64,000 bases of DNA from Octopus vulgaris (Eukaryota), in the NCBI GenBank assembly GCA_951406725.2, contig OX597814.1, positions 190,526,001 through 190,590,000 of the forward strand, written 5' to 3'. Both the position numbers and the translations under genes were made by a program. The notes beneath the pieces are model-generated. The model was not told the origin of the DNA. It ran no database searches and saw only the letters and a program-made list of their open reading frames with translations. This document shows, piece after piece, positions 36,587 through 50,102 of the stretch (positions are counted from its first letter, which is position 1; every line of letters starts with the position of its first letter).

Positions 36587-36889
36587 TATATATATATACA
36601 CAGAAGGCTGTACCAGGCTCCAATCTGATCTGGCAAGGTTTCTACAGCTGGATGCCCTTCCTAATGCCAACCACTCCAAGAGTTTAGTGGGTGCTTTTTA
36701 CATGCTACTGGCATGAGGGCCAGTCAGGCAGTACTGGCATCAACCACACTTGAATGGTACTTTTTATGTACCACCGGCACAGGAGTCAGTCAGACGGCAC
36801 TGGCAACGACTACGCTTGAATGGTGCTTTGTACGTGCCACTGGCACGCACAGGAGCAGTCAGGTGGCACTGGCATCGACTATGATGATG

Positions 36890-37500
36890 AATAAGAGGGG
36901 GCCAAGGACTGATTCTTGGTGGATTCTTACCTCTACCCAGAATTCTTCACTGTACTCATTGCCAACCCTCACCTTACTGACAGCATCCCTGTACATGGCT
37001 TGTACAGCTCTCACTAACCACTCATCTATCTCTAGTTTCCACATTGACCACTAGATAAGGGATTGGGGGACCCTGTCAAAGGCCTTCTTCATGCCAATGA
37101 GGCTTATCTTTGGCTAGGTATTTCTTCTGAAGCTGTCTGTAGAAATATAGCATCAGTGGTGCTTTTCCCTGGCACAAACCCAAACTGCATCTCATCAAAC
37201 TAACTCTCTCCTTAATTAGTTGGGCTATGACCCTCTCTGCAACTTTCATTACTTGATCCAACAACTTGATACCTCTGTAATTATTCGTATCTAATGCGTC
37301 ACCTTTACCTTTGTAGCAGTTGACTATAGTGCTGCTACACCAGTCACTTGGTATAAGTCCTTCATGTATCACTTGGTTGACTATACGGGTGACTAGTCTA
37401 TAGCCGACACCGCCAGACATTTTAAGCATCTGCGGTGATTCCTGATGGGCCAGGAGCTTTCCTTGTGTTCATACCCTTAATTGCTTTATCTACCAAGGTA
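36890..37500 (-). mobile_element. RTE LINE RT fragment
   Basis: IPSDWCSSTIVNCYKGKGDALDTNNYRGIKLL and WLVRAVQAMYRDAVSKVRVG...HQESVLGPLLF. Confidence 0.9.
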
Positions 37501-37592
37501 CTGTCAATTCAGATAGCTGGACCCTCTGTTGGGTTGACATTTGGCAGACTCTCTTTCTCCCATTCATTCTCCATTTAGCAATCTTTGCAGTC

Positions 37593-37649
<57 letters not shown>

Positions 37650-37993
37650 AAGTGTGTGTGTATATATACATACACACACATGAAAGAGAGTAATGTGGAG
37701 CTGAGTCAAACTTGTTAAAAGCTTACAACACTAAATGTCATGAGTGCTATTTTTATTTATTTGTCTGTATAAATTTGCTTTTACGTCTATTTTTACATGT
37801 TAGCATGGGTTAGATGTTGCTTTTCCAACTAACGCCTCTCCTGTCACTAATCCTGCCCTGCTTCTCAAGAAAGGGATATCTTACTCTGCACATCTCCACA
37901 TGTTCAATGCCAGCAAATGATTTGTTAACAGAAGAAATAACGATAATATCACAGCTTATCGTTGAGCAGTTTTCAGCAAAATGCAAATGTAAA

Positions 37994-38035
<42 letters not shown>

Positions 38036-38507
38036 GCCATATGTCCTTCCTGTCACTAGTACTCAACTGTTTCCAGGTAAGATACTGTTTTCTCAAAGAG
38101 TTTATTTAGATTATGTTTCCACTTGTTCAACACTTTATAACAAAATGAAATACAAAGATTAAGTAAGTACTTGTCAAAGTTTCAAAAGTAATATATATAT
38201 AATAATAAAAATAATAATAAAGAAATTATTGTATACAGTGCTCAAGTGCACCACAACTTGTCAGAAAGTGCATATAAAGTATATGCAGTAATGTACAGAT
38301 GTCTGGAAAGCGAACAGTGTATATACACACACGTTTATATATTTGTTTTGCAAGATTCTTGATGTGAAATCGTGTATTGAAACAGATATTCTTGTATTTA
38401 GGAATGGTCATGTTGCCAGTTTAGCCAATAAAAACACACGCACTATATATTTGGTGTTAATTTGCTTCAGGTTTATTTATTTTTTACATTAATCTTAATC
38501 TTATTTC

Positions 38508-38552
38508 GGCCAGAGTTCTTTCGTCACACTTCTGTGACCTCATCAGTGGTCC
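38508..38552 (-). ncRNA. Minimal type-I hammerhead-like motif
   Basis: GGACCA-CTGATGA-G-GTCACA gaag TGTGAC-GAAA-GAAC-TC-TGGCC. Confidence 0.68.
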
Positions 38553-38604
38553 TTTGCTTTCTTCTTCCTTATTTGTGTGTCTCTCCTTACTAACGATCAG
38601 CCAT

Positions 38605-38659
<55 letters not shown>

Positions 38660-38660
<1 letters not shown>

Positions 38661-38893
38661 TAAACAGATAAGAAAGTAATATTTCAAATGCAGTATAGCC
38701 ATGAAAACAGCAGAAAGATTGAATATGTTATCCTTATATGAGAGAAAAAGTTGTCAGCATACAACCATGGGAGTCGAGCGGCACCTCCTAGATACCAGCT
38801 GAGTACTCTACCAATATAAGGGTACAATACCAAATCTATCTGCTGTTTTCATGGCTATACTGAATTGGAAGTATTACTTTCTCGTCTGTATAT
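38660..38893. repeat. About 60-bp-arm imperfect inverted repeat (Penelope-like remnant)
   Basis: gaaagtaatatttcaaatgcagtatagccatgaaaacagcagaaagatt vs aatctatctgctgttttcatggctatactgaattggaagtattactttc. Confidence 0.85.
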
Positions 38894-39117
38894 GATATGA
38901 TACACATTCAATAAAAACAGAAACAACACAGATATTGTTTTGAGCTGAGTGAGGGTGCTAGATGCCCTTGTTCAAAAATATAAGGACATAGATCGTGTCA
39001 TATAGCCAGCTGGAGACGATGTCTCCTGGGGCTAAATTATAGCAACATTCGTCCTAAACCAGGACTACCATGTTATGTTGTCAAATAATCTTTACTACCC
39101 AAAACAAGTTTGTTTAC

Positions 39118-39161
<44 letters not shown>

Positions 39162-39268
39162 GCGAAGATGATCCGGTTCTTGAGGGCTTCGAATGTCCCG
39201 TCCGTGTTTTTTGTGTCGTCTTCTAAATGTTTCACGTTCTTGTCCCAGTTTGTATATTTTTTTACTTT

Positions 39269-39300
<32 letters not shown>

Positions 39301-39380
39301 TATAAGAAAAATCAAAACCAAGGCAGAACGAGTATCTCAAGTCTTTTAGAATAATTTAACTAGGGTAAGGTGAATTTGAA

Positions 39381-39456
39381 GTCTTACAGCCATTTCTGGG
39401 ATAAACCAAGTAGTAGGTTAGCATGTCTGTGCACTGGGTATTCCATCATCAGACAC
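39381..39456 (-). ncRNA. Degenerate hammerhead-like motif with long loop II
   Basis: GTGT-CTGATGA-TGGAATA...TATCCCA-GAAA-TGGCTG-TA-AGAC. Confidence 0.5.
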
Positions 39457-39572
39457 AAGATATGAATATTTTGGTCAGGGAAAAATTTACAGTTTATAAA
39501 GAATAAAATTCACAAGAAATAAAATAGAATAAAGTAGTAAAATAGAAGAATAAAGAGTAAAAGCAGTTAGGA

Positions 39573-39623
<51 letters not shown>

Positions 39624-40328
39624 CTTTACGTAATATAGTATACTTTTTTTTCTCTAAATGCATTCAAATACACACAGGTTGAGTCAAAAGTCTATTTACT
39701 GTTAACATGGTATACTCTTTTACTTGTTTCAGTCATTTGACTGTGGCCATGCTGGAGCAAATCGACCCCAGGACTTATTCTTTGTAAGCCTAGTACTTAT
39801 TCTATCGGTGTCTTTTGCTGAACTGCTAAGTTACGGGGACGTAAACACACCAGCATCGGTTGTCAAGTGATGTTGCGGGGACAAACACAGACACACAAAC
39901 ACACACATATACATATATATGACAGGCTTCTTTCAGTTTCCGTCTACCAAATCCACTCACAAGGGTTTGGTCAGCCCAAGGCTATAGTAGAAGACACTTG
40001 CCCAATACACTGTCAAGTATTGAACTCATGGCCTTATGACCTTGAGCCAAATACACATACATGATGGGCATCTTTCTGTTTCCGTGTACCAAACTGGGAC
40101 TATAAAAGAAGACACTTGCTCAAAGTGCCTTGCAGTGGGACTGAACCCGTAATCTTGTTGAGAGGTAAACTTCTTAACCACACAGCCATACATGTGCCTA
40201 TAATTATTGCATATATAGTTCAGCAAACACTTGTATTTACAAACCAGATGAATAAAAAAAAAGTACTTAATACAAGAAGTAGAGTTTATAGAAGCAGAAA
40301 CCCCACAAGTTGCATCTACAATAAATAA

Positions 40329-40367
<39 letters not shown>

Positions 40368-43300
40368 AACATACATATATATAGCCTATGATCTAACAAT
40401 ATAACTTTAAGTGAAGATGATTCAGATCCTCAAGTGGGCTAATAAACTCCACATTAGTATAAACTAATAATTTAAAAGCCAAAACAGCTTCTCCTCAATC
40501 TCTTGACCTGCTAGTAGTAGCAGTCAAATTTGTCACAAATCACACCTTAATACTCTAATATATAAATATATCATCATCATCATCATCATCGTTTAGCGTC
40601 CGCTTTCCATGCTAGCATGGGTTGGACGGTTCAACTGGGGTCTGGGAAGCCAGAAGGCTGCACCAGGCTCCAGTCTTATCTGGCAATGTTTCTACAGCTG
40701 GATGCCCTTCCTAACGCCAACCACTTCATGAGTGTAGTGGGTGCTTTTTACGTGCCACCGGCACAGGTTCCACACGAGTCTGGCAAACGGCCATGATCGG
40801 ATGGTGCTTTTTATGTGCCACTGGCACGGGGGCCAGGCGGAGACATATTTAGTGATACAGTCATTTGACTAAAACACTTCGGGGTAAACAACAATTTTGT
40901 TAAGTTCTTATAATATTCCTATGGTTACAGGAAATTTTTGATGAGATGTGTATAGGTATAATGGCCATTAAAATTACATTTGACAATCTTCCTTTGGAAA
41001 TATTGCTTTCTTATTTCAAAATCATAAAAAAAAAAAAATGCTTCGTATCTCACAGTCTGTATTTTAAGGACGGTCTTTTATGATATAACCTGCAGAAAAG
41101 ATAAAATATTTTATACCAGGAAAACTAATGACTTTGGTAGTTGCTTCTATATTTTTTTTTTATTCAGCCTTCAATTAGCTGTCACTGAGTAGATTTAGGC
41201 AATTCAGCTATAACCAGTCTGGCATTTGGGAGATATTGAAAAAGAAGGAGGGGGAGGAGGAGGGGGAGAAGAAGAGGAGTATGAGGAAGAGGAGAAGTAT
41301 GAGGAGGAGGAAGAGGAGGAGTATGAGGAGGCGCCACCGCCGCCACCACCACTACTACTACTATGTTGTCATGTTCGTCGTCATTATCAATGTGTATACA
41401 TCATATCCAAAATGTACTTTCTGCTCTTAGCCAGTAGGGTGTGATCTGAAAGACTCGGTTGCAATTTCTAGCAAATCAAGCAACCATGTAGAGGCTCCTT
41501 CATCGGCTTGCTGATAAATTTTATTATGATTGTGACATGGCTTGTTAAGATCATGACATCTCTTTACAAATTGAACCAATTATCTGGCACTAGCGTCTAA
41601 CTAGAATCAATTTATTTATATTATATTGCATAGGCATAGGAGTGGCTGTGTGGTCAGTAGCTTGCTTACCAACCACATAGCAAAGCAGATATAATAAAAC
41701 ATCTTATCTTAAAATAGCTAAATAATTAAGAATTTCTAAATAATTACTTTTAATTAAGTCAAAACTTGTAGTAGTGTGTTGGATAAGATTGCAAACTTTT
41801 AGATTACATTTTATCTTTTTCTTGATTCAGTAATTTGACTGAAGCCATGCTGGAGCACTGCCTTGAAGGGTCTTTTAGTCCATCAAATAAACCCTAGTAC
41901 TTAGGTTTTTTGTAAAGACAAGTACTTATTCAATCAGTCTCTTTTGCTGGACCACTAAGTTATGAGGACATCAACGAACCAAGCTGATTGAATTTTACAT
42001 TAATCATTTTGTATTTGGGCACACTTTTTTTAAGGGCCTCCAATCCATACATCTGCACCTGTATGCATAAGCTTGGGCAAGGATTTTTATGCGAAAGTCT
42101 AACAGTTGCCTATGTATGAGGATCTCCTATGCTCAGGCCACCAGTATTGTCCAAGGCTGATACAACTTACACCAGTATCATCACAGGTTTTGACAGCAGA
42201 ACACAGAGTGCCACCACAAGTCTTTGCTTGTTTGATTGGCCCAGGGCTATAATAGAAGACACATGCTCAAGGCACCATGCAGTGGGACTGAACTCAAAAC
42301 CAAGTGGCTGGCAAACAAACTTCTTGTCAGACAGCCATGCCTATATATAGATACAGTGGTATCTATATATAGCTAGGTAAACTGGGCCATTTAAGAAACA
42401 AGTGGCCATAGAAACCCAGAGAAAAATAAACCATTCAAATCAACCAACCATTCAATTCAACCATCTGTAACTCTCCAACGAAAATATATATTTAATAGCA
42501 AAATTTAATACATATAATTTTTCAGAATAGCTTAACAGGTTTTGTGCTAACAGAACATTAGCTTAATAAATCTTCTGTTGCTCTGTGTCAAACACAATCT
42601 CTTTCGAAGATAATTATATTCTGAAGGTCATTGCTTCTCATACGAATATTATTGACATTTGGTTCAGGCATGGTTGTGTAGTTAAGAAGTTTGCTTTCGA
42701 ACCATGCAGTTTCAGGTTCAATCCTACCATGTGACATTATGGACAAGCATCTTCTACTATAGCCCCAGATCAACCAAAGCTTTGTAAATGTATTTGGTAG
42801 ATGGCAACTGAAAGAAGCCCATAGTGTCTGTCTGTCTGTCTCTTTCTCTCTCTCTCACACACACATACACATGCAGATAGATATATATTTCTTTACTACC
42901 CACAAGGGGCTAAACATAGAGGGGACAAACAAGGACAGTCAAAGGTGTGTAACTGGTACTTAATTTATCGACCCCTAAAGGATGAAAGGCAAAGTTGACC
43001 TCGGCGGAATTTGAACCCAGAACACGTAACGGCAAACGAAATACGGCTACGCATTTCGCCTGGCATGCTAACAATTCTGCCAGCTCACCACCTTTTATAT
43101 AGATATAGCCTAGTGGTTAGGGTGTTGCACTTGCAATCTCACAATCGCAGTTTCAATTTCTAGATCGGGTGGTGTATTGTATTCTTGAACAAAACACTTC
43201 ATCCCCTGTTGCTCTGCGATCACTTTGACACCTGTAATGTGGTTCAGGCAGTGTCAATTTGATGCAGGGAGTGAGCTAATGCATGGCACATACATTTGAT

Positions 43301-45131
43301 CAATATAAACAAGTCACTTGTGCAGGTTGTTCGGCAAAAGCTGAACGCTTATATATTGTCTTTGATGGGAGAGTCCATCATATATCATCATCATCATCAT
43401 TTAACATCTCCCTCTTTTCTCTTTACTCTTTTATTTGTTTCAGTCATGTGATTGTGGCCATGCTGGAGCACCGCCTTTAGTCAAACAAATCGACCCCAGA
43501 ACTTATTCTTTGTAAGCCTAGTACTTATTCTACTGATCAGATAATGATTCATACAAGAGCATTAGTGTGGGTGCTTGTCGAAGGTACCCACATAGGGGGT
43601 GAGTTTAAATAGGTGGTTGGTAGGTAGATAGACAGATAGATAAATGGATGGATTGATAGAGGGATAGATAGAAAGATGGATAGATACACAGATGGGGAGA
43701 TAGACAGATGGATAGACACAGAAAGAAAGAGAAAATGTCAGTTAATTAAGGATAGACATAATATATTTTGTTCAATGATTGTGTGTGTATATGTGTCTGT
43801 TTGTTTGTAAATAAATGTGTGTGTATGTGTGTCTATGTTTGTATGTATGTAAGTGCGTGTAAGACAGAGAGAGATTACACAACCAGTTATTCGTTTTATT
43901 GGCAGAGTGTTTTATTTTTTTAATATTTCTATTCACACAGTTTTGCATGATAAATCATGCCAAGATGCATAATGATTCTGACAATGATAATAATGGTGAT
44001 GAAAATGAAGATAACAAGATAAAACTTGCTCAGCTGCCTGACTTTATCAAACGACAGCAATGGAACAAGGACAGCGAACAAGGAAGACTGGAGATTTCCT
44101 CTATCATCACTTAACCACTGTCAAAGATCAACTCATAATTGCTAATGAAATTAAATGAATTTTTGCCGTGATATCTTTGCCAGTCACTTTGTAGATTGAA
44201 CAGATCAGGTATTATATCTTGTGTGACAATTTCGGTTAGAACTTAACTTTTTATCAATATTTTTGCCATAGTCTTCTTATGTTTATTGTAATAGAATGTC
44301 CACGTTTAAGTGGGGATAAATATTAACTCTAAGTAAAAGAAAAATCAGTTTCTGTTTGATTAAAATAATGTGTCAATTTTTAACTGGGGGACAAGGACAA
44401 ATGCTGAAAAGAGATCACACATTGAAAAGACGGGAGGAGGTGTCAAGTCATAAACTACAGAGAACCACCAATCAAAAGTCATGCCTAATGTATGTTGCTC
44501 TGTAAACTTGATACGTAATTGTCTTGTCACACCTTGCCAGCTCATAAGTAAAAAATTTTAATATATTTAAAAAAAGAAAGAGGTGAAATGAAAATGTGTT
44601 TAAAAGCTAGCTAGATTCAGGTTAAAGTCCCACTGTATGGTGCCTTGGGCAAGTGTCTTCCACTACAGCCCCAGGTCAACTAATGTTTTGCAAGTGAATC
44701 TGATAGATGGAAACTATGTGGAAACCCTTTGACTTTTTTCTATCCAAAGTGGTTTTCCAACTCAGAATTTACATATTTTTCCCCAAGCGTCAAACACTTG
44801 CTTGTTATTTCTATACCTGTCTTCGTCTTTTGTCTTTCTATATATTTCAACCAATATTTATATAGCTTTATGTGATGTGTCTCGAGAGCCAATATTCAAA
44901 AAAAAAAAAAAAGGACCATTTCATGTTCTCTCAAAAGCTTATAAATTCTTTTGACATCAATGTACATATATGTATACGTGTGTGTATTTATGTTTACCCC
45001 CACTACCATCACAACCACATGAGAACTAGAGCAAATTTTTTTACATCTCTGTAACCTAGTGGTTTGGCAAAAGAGATTGATAAAATCTTAGGATAAAATA
45101 TTAGTACTGGGACTGATTTCTTTGACCAAAT

Positions 45132-45616
45132 CAGTGGTTCTCAACCATTTTTAATCTATGGACCCTTTGTTTCCTCCTTAAACTTTTTTGATACCAACCT
45201 GCCTGAGACTGCCTCTGGTTCTGTAGTACAAACGTCTAGTTTTCAAAAGTTCTGAATTAAAATCTTCCAACAAACCTTAGTCATAATTTATGCTCTTAAC
45301 ATTAGCTTAGTGATAACTAAGTTATTTTACTAAATTCTTTGCTATATTTAAAATTAATTGAAAGAAATACAGAGCATCTCAGCAGAAATATTGTAACAAA
45401 AGGGTTAATCTACTGGACCCTTATAACCGTTTGATGTTTAAAAAAATTTTATACTTTTTTGTAATACGTGGCTGTGTGGTAAGTAGCTTGCTTACCAACC
45501 ACATGGTTCCGGGTTCAGTCCCACTGCGTGGCACCTTGAGCAAGTGTCTTCTACTATAGCCTCGGGCCAACCAAAGCCTTGTGAGTGAATTTGGTAGACA
45601 GAAACTGAAAGAAGCC

Positions 45617-45655
<39 letters not shown>

Positions 45656-46013
45656 TATATATATGTATGTGTGTGTGTTTGTCCCCCCCAACATCGCTTG
45701 ACAACCAATGCTGGTGTGTTTATGTTGCCGTAACTTAGCGGTTCAGCAAAAGAGGCCGATAGAATAAGTACTAAGCTCACAAAAAATAAGTCCTGGGGTC
45801 GATTTGCTTGACTAAAGGTGGTGCTCCAGAATGGCCACAGTCAAATGACTGAAACAAGTAAAAGAGTACAATATTATTAGGAATTGTATTAAGAAATTGT
45901 TAAAATATTTTGTGTATTGTAAGGAATATAACCAATTTGTTGCACACAAACTTTAACAGCAAAATCTGATATGGACCCACATGGACAACATGGACCCTAG
46001 TTGAGAACCACTG
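45132..46013. mobile_element. hAT-like MITE holding a nested piggyBac-type MITE (about 45179-45408) and a family A SINE (45468-45868)
   Basis: TIRs cagtggttctcaac / gttgagaaccactg; decayed 8-bp TSD gaccaaat/gattaaac. Confidence 0.72.
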
Positions 46014-46795
46014 GATTAAACCTTTCAAGGTGGTACCCCAGTATAGCTGCAGTCCAACAACTGGAACAAGATATAAGATACCACTATAGAGTGTAGGCAA
46101 CAAGGAGCAACAGAAACCACGAAAGCAGTAACAGATTAAACCGATCGCAAATGTTCTGGTCTATTTCATCTGTTGAATAAAGATAATGATTCATAAAAAC
46201 GTCCTTATTTTGTCTATTGATACAAATATTTAATGATTCATAACTGTCTTTTGAATGAACTGCTTTTAATAATAATATCTTCTCCATGCTTTGTATGTAG
46301 GTGTATGCATGTGTGTGAATGCAAACCTAATCTTTATCATATTCTTGAATATCCTGGTTTATGTGGAGCCACAGGTGTGGTTGTACGGTTAAGAAGTTTG
46401 CCTCCCAATCATGTGGTCTTGGTTTCAATCCCACCACCCAGCACCATGAGCAAGCGTTTTCTACTATAGACCCAGGCTGACCAAAGCCTTCAGAGTAGAT
46501 TCAGTTGACAGATACTGAACACACTATCACACACAGACACACACACATCACCATCGTTTAACGTCCGTTTTCCGCGCTAGCACGGGTTGGATGGTTCAAC
46601 CAGGGTCTGGGAAGCCAGGAGGCTGCACCAGGCTCCAGTCTTATCTGGCAGTGTTCCTACAGCTGGATGCCCTTCCTAACGCCAACCACTCCGCGAGTGT
46701 AGTGAGTGCTTTTTACGTGCCACCGGCACAGGTGCCATGGGAGTCTGGCAGCAGCCACGAACGGTTGGTGCTTTTTACATGCCACCGGCACGGTA

Positions 46796-46849
<54 letters not shown>

Positions 46850-47029
46850 CATGCATGTCTTTGTGTATGTCCCCCTGCTACTGCTTGACAACTGCTGTTG
46901 GTGTTTACGTCTCCATAACTTAGCAGTTCGGCAAAAATAGACTGATAGAATAAGTACCAGCTTTTACAAAAACAATAAGTACTGGGGTTGATTCATTTGA
47001 CTAAGTTTCTTTAAGGTGAAACCCCAGCA

Positions 47030-47475
47030 TGTCCACAGTCTCCGACGTCTGGCAGCTGACTTGGCAGACACCCATAAAATTATTAACCATCTTACAAACA
47101 ATAACTCTGAGCACCTTTTCAAACTCCACCTGTCTAACACCCATGGACATGTTTACAAAGTCAGAAAACAGCACAGCTCCCATGATTTTCGGAAACATAT
47201 TTTCACTTCAAGAGTTGCTGAAGTATGGAACAAACTGCCAGCATCAGTTGTTAGTTGTCGGAGCATTGCATCCTTCAAAACGTCCATGCTTCCCGAGATT
47301 CGCCAACACTACACCTGATTTTTTCCCCTCCATACACACACAAGCATGTATCTGACTCATACACTGTTCATTTCCCAGACATTTGTACATTACTGCATAT
47401 GCTTTATATGCACTTTTGACAAGTTGTAGTGCACCTGAGCACTGTATACAATAATTTCATTATTATTATTATTAT
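47030..47475 (+). mobile_element. CR1 LINE 3' end
   Basis: LRRLAADLADTHKIINHL...RKHIFTSRVAEVWNKLPASVV...SFK; (ATT)n tail. Confidence 0.88.
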
Positions 47476-47504
47476 TACTATGGCTAAAACAAGTAAAGAA
47501 TAAA

Positions 47505-47541
<37 letters not shown>

Positions 47542-47589
47542 TAAGAGGGTATTGTAGTTCACTGGCAGCATTGTGTATTGTTTGTGAAA

Positions 47590-48216
47590 TGTAACATGTC
47601 TGGAATGGAAGAACAATGCAGAGTGGACTATAATAACTGTTACATAATAACTGTTACAAATAATTTAATTATTCATAGTCTAATATTTTTCGGAATATAA
47701 AAATTCCTTCTTCAGATATTGCTAGGAATTAAATGGAAGCACTGTTATAGTTGGTTTTCCAACAGTTACTGAAATTTGTTGGAAGCATCCCTGCAGTGGC
47801 CTCACAAAGCTCCTTCCAGAATTCATCATGAGAAGTGCATGAGGGCAGTCATGTCTCGAACACGTGTGTGTTGGCATATCCACAGCTTCCAAGTTATGCA
47901 TTATACATGCATTTATAATAATAAAAAAACAATAGATGCATGTATGCGGATATGCCAACACACACGAGCTCAAGTTATGACAGCCCTCATGCACTGTCAT
48001 AACTTCTGGAAGGGGCTTCATGAGACCACTGCAGGGATACTTCAACAAATTTCAGTAACCATTGGAAAATTGACTATAACAGTGACTCCATTAATTCCTA
48101 GCTATATCTGAAGAAGGAATTTTTATACTCTGAAATATTATATTACACTATGAATAATTAAATTATAACTTCTTATAGGCCACTCTGCGTTGTTATGCCA
48201 TTCCGTGTACATGTTA
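47590..48216. mobile_element. Foldback/MITE-like element with about 280-bp imperfect inverted arms
   Basis: e.g. aaaaattccttcttcagatattgctaggaattaa / ttaattcctagctatatctgaagaaggaattttt; cgtgtgtgttggcatatcc / ggatatgccaacacacacg. Confidence 0.85.
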
Positions 48217-48384
48217 ATGTGGTGACTGTAAACAACAAGAATTTGTCGTACAAGGAGTGTTATTTACTTCTGGTCTTTCAGGAAAAACATGTCTGGCCAT
48301 GGGAAATATTATCTCCTTTGGAAATAGGTGAAGTTGGGAACAGGAAAGACACCAAACTGTAGAAAACTTGCCTCAACAAATTAA

Positions 48385-48605
48385 CCCTTTCGTTACTGTA
48401 TTTATTTTGAGATGCTCTGTGTTTCTTTCAATTACTTTAAATATAACAAAGAATTTAGTAAAATAACTTAGTTATCATTCAGCTAGTGTTAGAAACATAA
48501 ATTGTGACTAAGATTTGGTGGAAGATTTTAATTCAAAACTTATGAAAAACAAGACATTTGTATTCAGAGCCAATGCCGGTTTCAGCTGGGTTGGTAACGA
48601 AAGGG
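48385..48605. mobile_element. piggyBac-type MITE
   Basis: TTAA|ccctttcgttac...gtaacgaaaggg|TTAA. Confidence 0.85.
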
Positions 48606-49687
48606 TTAAGAAAGTCCATCTGACCGATGTAAGCATGAACATTAAAAACAATGATATATACAAGTTGTGGAATCCAAACTGTGGACCTCTGGTTCACAAG
48701 TGTGCCATATCCCCTCTCTTTTCCCACTGTTCCTATGATAGGCCCTGCTCCTTGGAACCGGCTAGTCTTGTACTTCCACCACTCAGATACACCAACCCAC
48801 TTATCTTTCCACCTCTCATCGACCTTGTTGTATTAAACCCCACTTGGCTCCCACACTAACCACTATTTCCAGTCCTTTCTTTCCTGAACATTGGGCCTCC
48901 TGGAATATTTTCTCTGCTCTTGTCTTTCCAGCAGGTGCTGAAGGCAAACACACACACACACACAGAGAAATATATATAATATATAGAGTGAGAGAGAGAG
49001 CAGGATAGAGAATGAGGGATAGAATGAGAGAAATATTAAAATGTCTGATGTCAAATAAATCAGAGTCAAATCAGCAGAACCAAAACAGCTGCACCAAAAG
49101 GTCTCATACTCCATACAAGATATGCCTACAACTGGATTTCATTCTATCTTAAATTTCAATAATCATAGAGACCAGATCTTAATTAAAGACCTTATGTTCT
49201 TTCTCTACCAATTACATACATAGTCACTGATCATAAGACCTAAACAAACCATATACCTATTTCTTAAAAGCTATTTATTTTGTGTGTGTGTGTGTATATA
49301 TATATCACGTGATCACATGACTGACCAGGCTATCAGATGTTGCTACACATCGCTGGTCACAAGGCGCTTTCACATTCTTTTAGCCTTCAAATGACACCAC
49401 CCAGCTTGACTAAGTGAGCAAGCCAACAGAAGAAAGAGTGAGAGAAAGTTGCAGCGAAAGAGTACAGCAGGGATCGCCACCACCCCTGCTAGAGCCTCGT
49501 GAAGCTTTAGGTGTTTCCGCTCAATAAACACTCACAACGCCTGGTTTGGGAATTGAAACCACGATCCTATGACCACGAGTCCACTGCCCTAACCACTGAG
49601 CCATTGGGCCCCCTGGAATATTTTCTCAGGTGCTGAAGGCAAACAGACACACACACACAGTGCCCTAACCATTGAGCCATTGTGCTT

Positions 49688-49744
<57 letters not shown>

Positions 49745-50068
49745 GGCGGTGCCCCAGCATGGCCACAGCTCATTAGCTGAAACTGGAAAAATCAAATCAA
49801 TATATCATTGCTGCTATCATGCAAAGTGTTGCAAGCCCAAAATATTGCTTTTTCAGAAAATGAAAAAATAGTTTCACCATTCCATAGCAAAATCGTTGAA
49901 CTACAGTTTGACAACATTTGATATCTTGGCATCTGAAAAAGCTGGAGATACAATAGTTTGACCACAAGAAACTGCTATTGCAAGCAAAAATAAATATTGA
50001 AAAAAACACCTTTGGCTAAATTTGGGCATACAACAGTTTAACATAATAGCAACAAGACATACATAAAG

Positions 50069-50102
<34 letters not shown>

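Noticed and set aside
41054-41089. Possible 36-nt micro-exon (ctgcag acceptor, gtgaga donor)
   Set aside because: Only the phase-2 frame is open, which is incompatible with the phase-0 exon at 28033, and there is no EGF or LamG signature.
41226-41444. Glu/Pro-rich ORF
   Set aside because: GAG/GAA and CCA/CTA trinucleotide microsatellite.
44360-44545. 61-aa minus-strand ORF in unique-looking DNA as a candidate upstream exon
   Set aside because: No recognisable domain or convincing splice-site pair.
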